From Tubiluchus corallicola (Eukaryota > Animalia > Priapulida): a DNA stretch of 64,000 nt. A model generated the notes under the pieces. That model did not search any database. It saw only the letters and a list, made by a program, of their open reading frames with translations, and was not told the DNA's origin. The position numbers and the translations under genes are program-made. Below are positions 30,964-43,700 of this stretch, piece by piece (position 1 is the stretch's first letter; every line of letters begins with the position of its first letter). The DNA lies in the NCBI GenBank assembly GCA_030141605.1, contig JAQGDQ010000038.1, positions 682,001 to 746,000 on the forward strand, written 5' to 3'.

Positions 30964-31116
30964 CCTAGGCAGCACGACAAAATTGTGGACTTGCCATAAT
31001 ATTGTACCTATATTTTTTCCATAATTATTGCGATGTTTTGACAATATGGAAAAAATACATGTATTGCCAAAAAGTATTGGTAAAATATTATGGCAATATT
31101 TTTCGAGTTGCCTAGG
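30964..31116. mobile_element. ~150-bp palindromic (foldback) MITE
   Basis: cctaggcagcacga...ttgccataatattgtacc is mirrored by ggtaaaatattatggcaa...tcgagttgcctagg. Confidence 0.7.
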
Positions 31117-31949
31117 AAATTTTCTGAAATAATTGCTACAAAACGTGCATGCGCCACGTATTTGTGTTTGTTTTTCCAGTTTGCCTGCATAGATTTTATA
31201 TTGTAGCCACCACATATTTGTGGACGTACTGGGCCACGCGTTTCCCTTAACACAACAAACTTTAGTTACATCAAATTTAGCAGCTTGATAGCAGGATGAG
31301 CGATTAAGCATAAATTAGTACATTTGGTGTACTAACCAAATACATGTAATGGTGTTCAAGCTAAATGTATCTAAAGTTAGCATGAGTGTGTATATAAGTT
31401 GCATAAATCAAACTGAAATTGCCCCTCATCTCGTTTGAACTGCTGCGCTAATGATTACTGGGTTAGGCATTGCCAGTCTTTGATTAAGAGATTTATACAA
31501 GTTTACTAAAAAGTAATCAGAGCATTCGTGTTGGTAACACACTCGTAACTAGCTGTAAGCAAAGATATAAATTACTTCATCTTGTCAAAAAAGCAGCTAT
31601 GGGACGGCTGCCCTGAACCAGCCTTGACTTGAGCTAGGCCACGTAGGCCTGAGACATTGTTACATTACTCGATCACGCAAGACCTTTCTGTGTTGAGCTT
31701 CAAATCACACTGCTTATAGTTAAACTTCTACAGGCCTTGTCGTCCATTGCCTGATTAGTGGTACCTCACAACTTTTAATTTAAATCGCAAAGTTTTTTTA
31801 GGAAATGACTGTTGCTTTCGTGGCACAATCGTTTAATTAAAACACCAAACTATAACTCACGATAGTCAGTTAGCGCATGTAAAAACAATGCGCAAACCTT
31901 GCATTTCCCAAGAAACAGCGCTCACTGAATATGGTACTTAAAAGTGAAT

Positions 31950-32112
31950 GCTGTCGTGGAGAAACTTCTTTTGTGTGCGGTATTACAACCAGCGCGTCAA
32001 CTACGACGGGGCAGCACCCGGTCGTGAAGATAGTCGCTTGTGCTTCGCATGCTGCATCACTACGCGAAAGAGAAGGTCTAGTGCGCTTGTGCGTTTTGTC
32101 CTTGTCTTGCAC
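31950..32112 (+). promoter_or_regulatory. Probable mitofusin promoter and non-coding exon 1
   Basis: CpG-rich patch ending in gcac|GTATGT donor (32113). The first coding exon has an acceptor at 34418-34419, 9 nt before the ATG. The 5' boundary is approximate. Confidence 0.5.
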
Positions 32113-32469
32113 GTATGTTCTTGTTATGTGAATGAAATTTATTAGCGTTTTACTTAGGCGGTAAACTAAATATCGTGGAGAAACTGCTGACTTATATAGT
32201 GGTTGAAGTATTATACGGCGTCTACATATGCAGTGAATACTGGGTTAAGCCGTCCGGACGCCCAGAATTACCTATGCGATTTACTCGGTACTACTAGTGA
32301 TTTCAAAAAATTAGTTTTTGTGGGCAAAATAACGATATCTAAACGAGGATGGAAATTAAAAGTTTTTGCTTCATCTCGTTTCTTTTTCTTGAGTGATGTT
32401 TGTTGCAATTTTATTGTTTTATATCTACGTAGAATGTATTTTTATAAGCTTATGTGGGAATTTTATGCG

Positions 32470-33926
32470 GGCGCTATTGCACTTTCGCACCTCCTACTTT
32501 TTTCTGCTTTATTACTCGTTTCTAGGCTCGTAGGTCATCGTTGAATGTTTCCGATAATCTCGTGATAATTTAGTCATATATCTAATGTATAATTACGTAC
32601 GTAGTAAATTAGTAACTAGTATTCACAGTTGTACACTATACAGTTCGGATCGCCATTATGTTTGTGTAGAGTAACGTGACGAATTTCGTACAGTATTGGT
32701 TTATGCATTATCAGAGCCTAACTTAAAATAATTTCATTGTATACTGTATGGGTCCTGGGGGGGGGGGTAGTGGAAAACAAATAAAAAATTCTTTTTGTTG
32801 TTGTTTCTGTCCACAAAAAGTATTACATTTTGCATAATTTTTTATTTTAGCATTGTTGTAAATGAAGTATAATTATTTGCAGTACTGCCAAATAAATACT
32901 CCCTCCGTATGCTCACAACCCCCGCCTACTGTCTTTTTTACTGTATACTTAAAACAATGGCTTACTCATTAGTTTTAGGGGTTTGTGTAGTCACAAAATA
33001 TTATCGTTAAATTGCTTTTTTGTCGCTTACTGCATATGAATACATTTGATGGCAGCTTTCTAATTGGAATTCACCTAAAAAACCACCCCTCAGGATGTCA
33101 GGACATTTGAAAACACTGAACACCTGCATACTTGTAGTTCCATATGCAATAAATAATTTTAAACTTTCCAAAAGAAAAATATGATTCCTGAAGAATTGAA
33201 GAAAAATAAGGAAAAGAACAAAAAGAAGAAGAATAACAACAGACAGACAGAGACAACAATTAAGGAGAAGAAGAACATGAACAAAAAAGAACAAGAAAAA
33301 TAAAAAGAAGAACAAGAACAGCAGCAGCAGATAGATAAAGAAACAGAACGACAATAACCACAAGAATAGGAACAAGAAAAAGAAGAAGAAAATTACGACC
33401 AATGATAGTGATGATGGTAACGGTTTGGTGGTTTGATAGGTAGTTATGATGTCGCTTAGTAAGATTAATAAAAAATAGCTGGAAAATACAATAAAAATAA
33501 ACATACATATTTTTAATATTGAGAGCAATTTATTTTTGCGTTACAAGTTGACTAACAACTTAACATACATGAAAAACATGTTTGTAGGCCTGTAATTAAT
33601 TATTATAATAATACGACACAAACACCCGTGGGTGCAACTCATAATAATCATAAATTATGTAACGATACTAAAAATACAGGTTAAGGGCCACATACGTCAC
33701 TGCGTGATAGCAACTGTGCATTAATGTGTAAACACATTTATTCACATGGAGCTTCTTGGGTGTGGCGGCGGTAAGTAATGAATAACTTTAATTTGGAATA
33801 GCAATGCCTAAAAACCTATAATACTATGGGAATATCATATATATTATGCCTGTTGGTCTGCTTTATGGCCTACAGGCGTGAAAACAAACAAGAAAAAAGT
33901 AGGAGGTGCAAAAGTGTAATAGCGCC
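32470..33926. mobile_element. Mutator-like (MULE) non-autonomous element in the mitofusin 5' intron
   Basis: ~58-bp imperfect TIRs ggcgctattgcactttcgcacctcctacttttttct... / ...agaaaaaagtaggaggtgcaaaagtgtaatagcgcc, with a perfect 9-bp TSD ttttatgcg (32461-32469, 33927-33935). Internal GAA/CAA low-complexity tract; no transposase. Confidence 0.9.
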
Positions 33927-34428
33927 TTTTATGCGTAATACTATGTAAATAGTTTCGTAAGTCGTTGAATAAATTTATTTACTTACTATTGTTTTAATAT
34001 ACCCTTTTATCAGTCCTACATTATTGATATAGGATGATATAGACCCTAGAAATCTAGAAAAACTAATCGCTCTCTGTATCTATCAGTTTTTTAGGGTGCG
34101 AAGTAGGCCACTAACCAGTGTAGGGCAGTTGCGCTAAAGCGTATGCATAAAATTTTGTGGAAAACCAGTGCTATACATGAGCAGCCTAAGTAGCCCACTG
34201 GTGATTTCTTTCACTCTTTTAACTTTACGTTGAGAATTATGTCAAATTTTTAAAAATTCTGTGCATGTTTCTTCATATTGAATAAAAATTGGGCTTGTTG
34301 GCTGAGTTGCCATCAGTTTGGTATTGTGAAAACTTGCTTAGACAAGTGTTTAATTCACGCCAGCATGCAGTACATGAAAATGAATGCAGTGCGATATACA
34401 GTGACTTCTTTTTCTATAGGTACAAACT

Positions 34429-34726
34429 ATGGCTGGATATGTAAATCGCTCTTTGTCTCTTGTTGATGCGCAGACTTTGAGCAAACCAAGCAACGGATCA
34501 TATGAGAAACGGAAAATGGCCGAAGAGACACAGGAAGTGGCAACGTCGCCTTTAAAGATATTTGTGAAAGCAAAGAAGAAAATAAATGATATATTCCATG
34601 AGATAGAAATATATACCGGAGAAAGTGCAAAATTCTTAGAAGGTACCCTATGTATTATATGTACATATCTATGTATGTGTTTGTATCTATATGTATATCT
34701 ATATTTATATGTATCTATATATACAT

Positions 34727-34766
<40 letters not shown>

Positions 34767-37700
34767 GTGTGTGTTTAACAAAACAACAAGAAATTATGTA
34801 AATTTTGACACGACTAGGTTTATATAAAAGGAGACTATTTCGGGTTTGGTGATGGGATGTCCTTAAGTAATGGCCTATTCGCAGCTTCGATTATTTGTTA
34901 TTATTCGTATTGTAAAATACTATTTAATTATCCCATGCCACCTGCTCACTTATAGATTCTTTAAACTTTTCAGTAAGCCAACATCATTGTCCCATTATAA
35001 CCAGTCTGCCATCATTGCTGCCGTATAGCAGGAAAACAATCATTCCACTATCAGCTCACTGCCCTGGATAATAAAACTAATTCACTAGTAAGTCGGGTAT
35101 GTCCATGTGGCATCAAGGAGCTCAGAACTTTGTGTGGGAACATTTTGATAAAGCTCATTGAAACACTGCAAAATGTTCGTTATGAAAAAGCTAATTATCA
35201 AAAAGCAACATGCTATATGTTAAATTCCATACAGTTAATTTTCAAACCAAACATGCTGTAATAGTGCAGTAATAACATTACAATTCAGTCTAGACAAGAG
35301 CATGGGTGCAGGTACATGTATGTTTCCAGAGCAACAGGGGTCAAGACTCAACCCGCTCAACAATTGCGTGGGTGTGCGTAAATTTATCATTCCAACTCTA
35401 CAACTAACATATACAGTGATGTAATAACTGCTGCACTGTATTTCTGTTTCTACGTGTTGTTTCCACATTATCTGTTTCCACATGCTGAGCATGGAAGGAA
35501 AATATCCCAAGGTCAAATATTCGATTAATAAATTATTTGAAATTCCCTGGGCACTCTTAGCTTCGAGAGAATAAGCAGAAAAAATAATTGCTACTAGTCT
35601 GGTATGCTAATTTAGTCAGTACATTGTTTTTTTAAATTAGCAAGCTTTTGTCAATGCTGCTCTTATGTTAAAATGATCTGTTAACTCATGCTGTTTCCTG
35701 TTTCTTGCTGCTCATTTAGAAATTGAAGCTCAAGGTAAGAGGATCAGTGTTAGAGAACGTAATTTTATTATTAGCTATAACAATATGACTTATTACAATA
35801 TTACAAGCCTTTATTAGACTAATATACTTATGTTTTATTAAATTATGTACTTTTCATTGATGTGTATTTATAGTTCTTTTGCGATATTCCAACATTTTTC
35901 AGGCCATTTAAAAAGTAGATGTTGCAGCTTTCTGTCATAGTGTAATATCATATGGTTCTGAAATTCTGAGACTTCTCATATACAGCTGACCAAATTCGTT
36001 CAAGTTGAACAATTCATATAATGCTTTGCAGTATACAACTCTTAAAGAGTTCAACAAAAGAGCTGTTAGAGCTCTTTTTTATGTTTGCGTACATGTAGAC
36101 ATGTGGCTTCTTTCAAGGTGTACAAGATGCTAGAATTGTAACAGAGGACGAAAACACTGTAGTGAAGAATTTTCTCCAAAAAATAAATGGAATCACAGAA
36201 GTGATTGGAAGAAAGCAGATGAAAGTAGCCTTTTTTGGACGGTAAATGTTTGTTTTTTCAACGTAATAGTCACTGAGTAGTTTAGAAAAACATTGCAAAT
36301 TAAGGTGGATTTTTGCAGGATTTACTTTTTTGAAAAATGAACATACATAACATACACATGACATTAATAGTTTTGTCTGGGACCAACTAATAGCTCAAAT
36401 AAAATAGCTGTTACTAATGCCAGATGTCTCCAAAATTTATTTTAAAATTAGTAATATCTTTGTGTACTGTGTAGTTAGAATATAGCTATTTTGTGCTATG
36501 GTTGGTAATAGTAAGAGTCACTTATTGATGTTGAGGCTTCCTAAATCAAGCAACGATAAGAAAATATTTGGTAAATTAGAAATTGATTCTCAAGGTAAGA
36601 AAATCATTGTTAGAAAACTTTGTAGTATTCCATAATTAGCTATACCAGTAATCAGTATGACTTTTTACGTTATTGCAACAAAATTGTGGTTTTGTAATAA
36701 TGTCACATGCTAGGTGGCACAAACACCAAGGAAACCGTATAAGACATTGTTTTACTTCCACATTTGTGGTAGCCCAACATAATAATTTTATAAAGTTTAG
36801 AATTATTATAAAAATATTTTCAAGGACGCTGCAACTAAGACATGAGCCACTGATAAATGTTGTTAATATTTCCCATATTTTTTTCTAGGACCAGTAATGG
36901 CAAAAGTACGGTTGTTAATGCAATGCTAAAAGAGAAACTGCTACCCAGTGGAATCGGACACACCACAAATTGTTTTCTACAAGTAGAGGGGTCTGATGGG
37001 GGTGAGGCATATCTACTCATAGGGGACAGTGAGGAAAGGCAACCGGTAGAGGTGAGAACATTTAATAATATACGTGCGTAATCGGTAAAGTTACATTCGC
37101 TGTTTATGTGCGTTACGGCACAGTTACATGATTGATACAAATTCTACTAATTCTACAGAAATTATTAGAAGCAGTGGATACCTTGTGTGAAATTGATTTT
37201 TTGAGCCGATTTTCTGTTTTATTCGTTTACCACAAATTGAACATCACACCCGAAATATGAAATTGGTTGTTGTTATTTGGTGTAGGTGGTGGGATGGGGT
37301 TTTGTATTTTATTTTCATTGCTCTTCTGTGAATCTGGCTGGCAACTCTCATGGGTTAGAATTAAGATTTTATGACTTATGAAGCTTAACTGCACCAAATA
37401 CCACATTTTAAGTGCCAGTCATTGCAATTTGCTATTCAGACTGTTTTGTTATGTTAGCTGTGTTTTGTTATAATTTTTGTCTATAATTTGTTTTGTTATC
37501 TGTGATTATAAAAATGTTTATTATAAATTTTTGCTCAAATCTCTTGACTCGGTGTAGAGCAAAGAGCCTTTGAAAATGGTTGAAACATTTTTCTGGTAAC
37601 GCTTTCAATTTCTTTAAGCAAACGGAAAGTTGAAGGTGTGCTTTCTTGTGAATGCTCCGAAAACTGGTTTGCACACCCCGAGGCTGTTAATGATAGCATT

Positions 37701-40700
37701 TTGATCTTGGCAGATCATGTTTTGTGACTACTAATTTTAACTCTTGTATGGGTCACATTAACCATAATTCTTTTGCATTTCTTATCTGCGCACATTCATG
37801 ACTTGATAAGTTTGTAATTTAGAATCAGTATGTATACAGAGTGGCCCTCAAATGTGCACTGCAACATGAGTTTCGTGATACACATGGCTTAATAGAACTC
37901 ACATATTTTATGAAGTGTACAAGCCATTCTTAATGTGGCAGTCTGTCAGTAACAAACTCGTTTAAAACTACAGCACTTGGTAAAGGTGTCAGTCACTTTG
38001 ATCTTTGATCTTTTAATGGAAAAAGCAATGTATTTCCAGGCATTGCCGATCCCTGTGTAAAATTTACGCGCGCGCGCACACATGCACGCACACACACACA
38101 CACACACACACAATATCATATTGAAGAGTGAGTTAGCCACTTGAGCTCTTCCTTGTACTGTTTTAAAATAACGCCTATTAAAACACTATGTTCTCTTTAC
38201 GAAATATCGTAATTTTTATAACATAAGGTGCTTTTGTTGATCGTGTTTGTACATCATCTGTGTAAGCTCTCATAACTCCTGTTATGTGTCTTCTTGTACT
38301 GCTGTGCTTGCTCTTATCATTCCTGTGTTGCGTGTTAATAATCTTAAATATGCTTTTTTGTAATTATGCATGCTATCCTCATGTTATTTGTCGTTTCACA
38401 AATGTTCTTAATAAATATCCTTATTATCACAGCTGTTGCTGATTTTGGAGAATGCTTTGTTTATGATCTATTTTAAATTATTATTTTTTGGTCATTTGTG
38501 CATGTTTTGGATTTACTAAAATTTGTAATCAGATTTTACGTGGCCTATCTTTCATTTATAATTACAGTCTGTTGGTCACCTTGCACATGCTCTACACACA
38601 TCAGAAATGGGTGGCCAGGGTTTGGTGAAAATACGCTGGCCCAAAGAAAGTTGCGCCTTACTCAAAGATGATGTGATTCTTGTGGACAGGTAAGTAGCTG
38701 GCACTTTTGAAGTCAGAGATCTTTCTGTGTTCAGATAAATTACACCAAACATCACTGTAGAGACAAGCATTTAATTAATTTTTATTTCGAAACATTTTGA
38801 ACCAGAATGCCCATGTTTCTGGCTCCAGATTAGTCAAAATAAAAGATTAACCAAGTTAGTTAAAATTGCCCTAGTGTGAGCAACATATCACTGGAATGTT
38901 GAATTTGGTTGGCTAGTTGTTAGGGATGAACTTTGGACTGCGTTGACCATTCGGAAATGCAGTAGCCAAGTGGTTAAGTCATTTGCACCATTTGCAGAAG
39001 GTCCCTAGTTCAAATCCAGGCTGCTGCATCCTGGTTTTTTTCACATTTCTTTGAAGTTTGTTATCAAAATTTAATTCCGTATAGGAATGTAATAATATCT
39101 TGATATTACGATTATAACAATTAATTTACACTAAGTTTGAGTTTTGGTACATCTTATATTTCAACTCTTTAATATATTGCTTTGTTTATAGCCCTGGAAT
39201 TGATGTGTCTCCAAACTTGGACAAATGGATTGATGAGCATTGCTTAGATGCTGATGTTTTTATTCTTGTAGCCAATGCAGAGTCAACACTTATGCAAACG
39301 GTAATTTACTTTGAGTAAACAACTATTGAAAGCACAATTTTAGAAAGTTTTTATTAACTCTCAAGAATTTGCATGCAGTGTCATTTTAATTTGGAGAAGT
39401 AGTCTTAAAGGTCGAATATCAAAGTAAAAACTTAAATTTAACACTAATTTTATTAAATTTTGTGGCTTGCTTCCTGGTGAAATCGTGGGTCAAAGTTGCA
39501 TTTCCCCCCCAAAACGTTTTGTTCGGTTTTCTCGTGAAACTTCGGAAAATCGCAGATTAAACAAAGGTGCTAGCAACGGCTTCCTTTGGTAAAGCGTCTT
39601 TTCGGTGACACCTGGATTTGTAAACAATGCTACGCAGTGAAATGGGACACATGGGAAGCAAATGCAAATGCTCCCACAACTGAGGACTGAGATTTCGGTG
39701 GCATCACCTAACATGTAAAATGCATGTATCAGAAGTTCTTAGTTAGAACATTTTATTTCTGTAAAGTTCACCATGAAAGTGCAAGTTTTAGTGCAACGTC
39801 TTTCTTGTATTAATGAGAGTGCAGTGGCAGTTTACTTTGCCATAATTAATTATATATGTAATTCGATGGAATAGAACCATGTTAAGTATTTTTTAATCAA
39901 AACTTGACCAAAGGGAAGAACATACAAAAAAGTCGGGACTCAGCGTCAATTTAAAACAGGTCTTTTCTAATCCAATATTCGTCTTATAATTTACTTTGTC
40001 GTGTTACAGGAGAAGAATTTCTTTCATAAAGTTAGTGAAAGGCTTTCAAAACCAAATATCTTCATTCTCAACAATCGCTGGGACGCTTCAGCTTCTGAAC
40101 CGGAAATGATGGGAAAGGTAATAAACTGTCACGTGTTATAATACGTAGTAGATTGTTTCCTCTTAATTATTAGTTGTTTGGACGGTAAATGACAAATCCA
40201 TTAAATGAGTCCTTGACGCTAATTTTGATAAACAATGTTATATTAATTACATTGGCAGAATTTTTAACCAATTACACTGCATCTCTTGTACTAGTTATCT
40301 TTCTGTGAAATTGATTTTATTTTTGTCCTTGAGCTGGAAAACAACTTACACTCTGTAATGTAATGTTGCTTACATGGTGTTACCTTAATGACTTTTTTCA
40401 GTATTCTACAGCTTTGTTTTACAGCAACACCAGTTATTTCAAAATTTTAATTTGAATTTCATATGCGAAAGTAGGTTGTAATAATCACATACTTATGCTC
40501 AACAATATTAAGATTACTTGCAAATGCGTCTTCTGAAGTGGCTTTAATTATTATGGATATTTACTCAGAAATTCTGATGCCAGTTCAAATTATGAATTGT
40601 TAAGCATTAGAGTAATACATTTGTGTTATTTTTTTAAATTGAAATAGTAAGTCTAGGTCAACCATGCTTTTGAAAACTCATTTCAAATGACATGAAATTA

Positions 40701-43700
40701 GTTTAATTTAATTTGATTTTTTGTTTTGGCTATATCGATAATATTCTATTTTCAGACTCCTTAGCAAAAATCCTAGCAAATTTGTGTACAAGCCAGCCCC
40801 AAGTGGTAACTGTCACATTTTTTTCTTTGATAGCCCTTTTTTGCTGATGCTTTTTATTCAGGTGCGGCAGCAACATTTAGACAGGAACTCTTGTTTTCTG
40901 GTTGACGAGTTAAAGGTTGTGAATAAACAGCAAGTAGAAGATAGAATATTCTTCATTTCTGCAAAGGAAGCTCTCTTTGCGAGGTTAAAACAGAAACAGG
41001 GGAGCCCTCCTCAGTCGGCTGCATTAGGGGAAGGTTTCAATCAACGTATGGTGGAGTTCCAAAATTTTGAACGTAAATTTGAGGTGATTATAATATTTTT
41101 GCTTTTGACATCTACAAAAGTCATTGTAAGTGCGTAGCGGTATTAATTATAAGTAAATTAGCTATGCTGGAGGGGGGATGGTGGCACTGATCATAATGAT
41201 ACTCAGTAATATATATTAAAAAGATTTAGAAATTATATTGAAAAAAAGAGGCTTTTAGACTAGTGCCAAAATATTCTTTATGTCTAATTGTCTTGCATTA
41301 ACTTTTACTTTTACTATTAAAAATGTTTAAAAATTTCCTGCAACTGTATCTAAATTGGAATTTTATTTCTGCACAATCATATAGAATGTGTAGAATATAG
41401 GACTACGTCACTTGCTTTACAAGAATTTTTGCTTATTCCAGCTTTATGAGCACAAATTCTACTGTGTCGAGTCTCTTGCTATTAGTCTTCTATCCCCTAG
41501 AGCATTTTAAAAGTACTGGTTGTCAAGTGGTGTAGTATTTTGTCTTTTTTTAAACTGCTGGATGGTACAACTAGAACATTTCTATCAATTAATTTTCTGT
41601 AGAAGAAATGGAATAAAACCGTTTAAGGACTGCCTTTTCATGTTTCCTTACAAAATGGTTGTAAAATGTTTTTTTACATGTAGGAATGTTTGTCAAAATC
41701 AGCTGTGAAGACTAAATTTGAACAGCATACTGAGCGAGCGAAGACCATCTCTGTGGAACTGAAGACTATCTTAGACGAAATTCTTCTCAGAGCTTTGAAA
41801 TGCAGGTAGCTGCATTTGTTTGTGTCTGCATTTTATTCAAATCTCTACTTTGAACTTTTCTTAACTGGTTGCATCTTTCCAAGCATTCAAATTAGAGGTT
41901 GAAGCTGTGCAATCAACTAGTTATGGGCAGAAATTCTTGGCAGCAGGATGAGAGTGGTGGTGGTTCAATTTCATTTTTAGTTTGTCACACTTTTTCACTA
42001 TCTATCAAAGATCACTATCAAGGATGTCTTCTAAAATGAGACAATGAACTGGCAGAAGTGCCAGCATTACATTACTGTTGGGGAATTTTTACAGCTCACT
42101 CAATGACATAAGTAGCAGGGGTAGTATGGTTGGTGAAACTGCTTAGAAGCAGTTTTCCTAATAATAACACGTTCATTTACTAAGCAGGCTCAGTATTGTT
42201 TAACTTCTTTCGCTAAGTGCCACTGTGACCACTCAGTTATAACTCTCATACTGAATAGAAGAAGTGATTGTCTACTTGAAGTTCATACATCAGTAGTCCT
42301 GGTTAAATTGCAAAAGCAACTACTTTTTTGACCCTTTGTACATTTCTTACCAAAATGTGCTGCACTATAGTTTGCATTAGAATTCAACTTCTATTTCTCA
42401 TTTTTTGAACTGTGAAAGCATATATAAAATACATAGAAATGAAATCCATTGCAATTTACTTATTTTTTTGAACCTGATATAGGGCATTAATGAAAGTATT
42501 ATATTTATGTATTTCAAAACCAAAACTGCATAGAAATGTTTGAATTCATTGTTAACTTCAACCCATTAATTAACCTTGCATAAAAGTATATAGCAATTAT
42601 ATTTTTATCATCACTTGGCTTGATTAGAAATATTCAAACGGTTCCTGTGCTTTCAGACAAGAACGCGAGAAGCTGAGACATGAGCAGGCCGATCAATTAG
42701 ATTTTGTAGAAAAACATCTTAAGTTACAGACAATAGAAATGAAGGAGTTGATAAATCGCATGGTGGAGGAAGTTGAAATCAAGGTGAATTTATATAATCC
42801 AGTATATGTGCTTCATGAATTTAATTCATATACTGTATATAATGTTAATTTGCTTTTACTCTTTCTCATTTGGTGTATTTTGTTCTTGTGTTATCAGTAT
42901 ATTGTGAAAAATTGTGGAACCAACAACATGTGCATATTTTTCACCTATCTATTCCCTGAGAAGCAACATACTCGCTGTAGTGATGTTAGCAGTTTGATTG
43001 AAATTAACTAGATGACGCTGTGTTTGCAGGTATCTGCTGCATTGAACGAGGAAATCAAACGTCTTTCATTGATTATTGATGAGTTCGATCGACCATTTCA
43101 CCCTGATTCGCTTGTGCTAAATGTTTACAAGAAAGAACTACATTCTCATGTTGAAAACGGTCTAGGACGTAACTTGCAGGCCAGATGTAACACTGCACTC
43201 ATGAACTGCATTGAACGTACAGAGAATACTATGAAAGGTTGCATAAATTATTTATCAATTATTTATTTGTTCTGTAGTATGTAAGTTAGTGTGTAGAATG
43301 CACACTACACTTGTCATTTTTAAGTAAAAAAGTGGATTGCTGTTCATAGTCAAATAGTAAATGTTCGACTTGACATAATGAAACTCGTCATAATAAATAA
43401 GCTTTCTTTTAAATGCACTGCTTTAATTGGCATAATTAATAAAGTGAACGTCTTAATAATTATGTTCACAATTTAAAAGAACAATATAAACTGCTTTTTT
43501 ATCCTGTAATGTAACCTAATTGTCACGTAGGACAGTTTCGTCATTTTACAATAATGTAGTATTCTAGTTTTTGTAGCTGCTTAGATTAGATCATTATTTC
43601 AATGTAAAGCAAACATTGCCTTTAAAATGTTTTGGGATGTAAATAATATTCGTTACTTAGGTACTAACTTTTTAGCCATTGTACTGTGGGCTTTGAACTA

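Noticed and set aside
33007-33528. 173-aa hydrophobic ORF
   Set aside because: Antisense of the GAA/CAA tract inside the MULE element.
38956-39028. Functional tRNA-Met(CAT)
   Set aside because: Broken acceptor stem and a non-canonical anticodon loop; treated as a relic.
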